Source: Basidiobolus meristosporus CBS 931.73 (lineage: Eukaryota; Fungi; Basidiobolomycota). Taken from it: a stretch of DNA of 64,000 nucleotides. Each line of letters opens with the position of its first letter. Within the stretch, counting starts at the first letter, position 1. The stretch lies in NCBI GenBank assembly GCA_002104905.1, contig MCFE01000445.1, positions 9,746-73,745 on the forward strand, read 5' to 3'. The translations under genes and the position numbers were made by a program. Below, piece by piece: positions 62,625 to 64,000 of the stretch. The notes below the pieces were generated by a model, which made no database searches, was not told the origin of the DNA, and saw nothing but the letters and a program-made list of their open reading frames with translations.

Positions 62625-64000
62625 TTAGGGGGGAGACAGTCACCAACAGGTGAAATCTTTATTTCAGTTGAAACAAAGAAGCCAGTGCTACTGTTGTAGC
62701 TTTGATACAAGAATGTGTAGCTGAGGGGAATTTGTAGGTAAGTTAATAAGAAGTGATGATAGTTCTTCAGTGCTCAAGACACTGTTCAGTGGGAAGGGGG
62801 GTAGCAAGAGAGGTAAGAATGACTTGTGAACAACATTAATGAGGGGAATGTGATAAGGATTAATATTCATCATAAAGGGAGTGTGCTGCTGCAGATATTG
62901 CTGCCAAAGGTCTGTCAAGTACTTCAGGTAGGCCAGCTTGGGTTTTTCTGACTGCAGAATATAGTGAGCAAACTTCTTGACTTCAGGATCTCCAAGTATA
63001 GTTCTCCAGCAGGAGTCAGGTGTTGTGTGGTGTGTTCTCTTCCAGGCCTTAATCAGTGGGTTGTTGCAGTTGTGAAGTCTGAGGTATAATCTGGTTCTAA
63101 GGTAGAGAAGTCTGATCTTGTAGGGCATAAACCCAAAAGCACCAAGAATAGCATGTCTGTAGGGGCATTCAGGCAAATGAGGCACCAAGGAGGTAATGCA
63201 CCATACTGCAAACTTGTCAAGCTTAGTGCAGTCTCTAGAAGTAAGAGAGAGAAGTGGTAAGCCAAATTCCAGGACAGGGAAGACAAACTGCTTGAGTAGT
63301 AGGAGGCAGCTGGGAGCTGAAGTTGTAGGAGGAGTAACAGCCAGTAGCTTGTGGAGTGCCTGTCTTGCCAGGATAATTCTCTTCTTCAGGTGTGCTCCAG
63401 AGTCTAGTCCTGTAGGAAGGAAAGGAAAGCCAAGATATGTAGCAGAAACCTGAGCAGGTAGAGTGGAGTTCTCCAAGTTGATAGGAGAGCCCGAAGGTAC
63501 TGTCTTTGCAATGGAAAGCTGGAGATTATTCTTCAGCAGATACTGCTGGATGGTCTGGGAGTCTTGTTGCACATTGGAGGAGGATATTCTGATGTCATCA
63601 GCAAAGAGAGTAACCAGGCAGTCAGCTGAGAGTCTTGGGAAATCATTCAGGAAGATGGCAAACAGTATAGGACCAAGCACAGAGCCTTGAACCACTCCAT
63701 TAGGAACTGAGAACACAGCTGATTGCTCACTTGGGTGCAGAATTCTTGCTTGTGGATCCAGAAACAGAGACCTGACAAGGAGGGTGAGAGAGGTACCGGA
63801 GAAGCATTGCAACTTGGACCAAAGCAGATTTCTGTCAACTGAATCAAAGGCCTTGGTAATATCAAACAGAACAGAGGGATACTTGCACTGGAGAGAGTGA
63901 TCTTGGCTAAGTATGACTGCATATTCCAAGGAGAGGCCAGGAACAAAGCCAAACTGTGCAGGATGAAACTTGAGGGAGTCAGAGTAGAGCTCCTGAGCAA
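62625..64000 (-). mobile_element. Non-LTR retrotransposon family A, copy A2, running off the window; ORF open from the edge to 62688
   Basis: Differs from A1 only by scattered substitutions; same RT motifs and 3' UTR. 3' end at TTAGGG (62625). Confidence 0.95.

Noticed and set aside
43352-64000. Classical RIP as the cause of TE decay
   Set aside because: CpA/TpG are abundant and CpG is what is missing, which fits CpG methylation and deamination better.
58554-64000. Penelope-like (Athena/Coprina) identity for the telomere-associated RTs
   Set aside because: RT motifs (QGSVLGP, F/YADD, YRPISLL) and the SDHKP endonuclease remnant are LINE/APE type, not PLE.

Overview
Eukaryotic, intron-rich fungal DNA. 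Short ~50-70 bp introns and the gene set suggest an early-diverging fungus such as Basidiobolus/Zoopagomycota (inference). The left ~40 kb is a gene-rich core: NAD(P)HX epimerase, PEX11, WDR5/SWD3, a Pho85-type cyclin, a 4-finger C2H2 factor, a CNNM/MAM3 protein, a 90-aa three-exon microgene missed by the ORF track, an intronless DHCR24-type sterol reductase, biotin-protein ligase BPL1 and CDC4/FBXW7, separated by long unassignable spacers. From ~43 kb the sequence becomes a CpG-depleted transposon domain. It holds a full-length decayed Ty1/copia element with TSD, solo and fragment LTRs, a small island of intact intronless genes (prokaryote-like GNAT, NmrA-like), a compact DDE_Tnp_4 transposase and a head-to-tail series of non-LTR retrotransposons. 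The main finding is that all six LINE 3' ends, from two diverged families, end in a short stem-loop plus a variable poly(C) tail rather than poly(A), and each abuts the telomeric hexamer TTAGGG. This points to a telomere-repeat-targeted, G-tail-primed LINE system with an APE-like endonuclease remnant. All counts and alignments were done by eye; no database searches were run.
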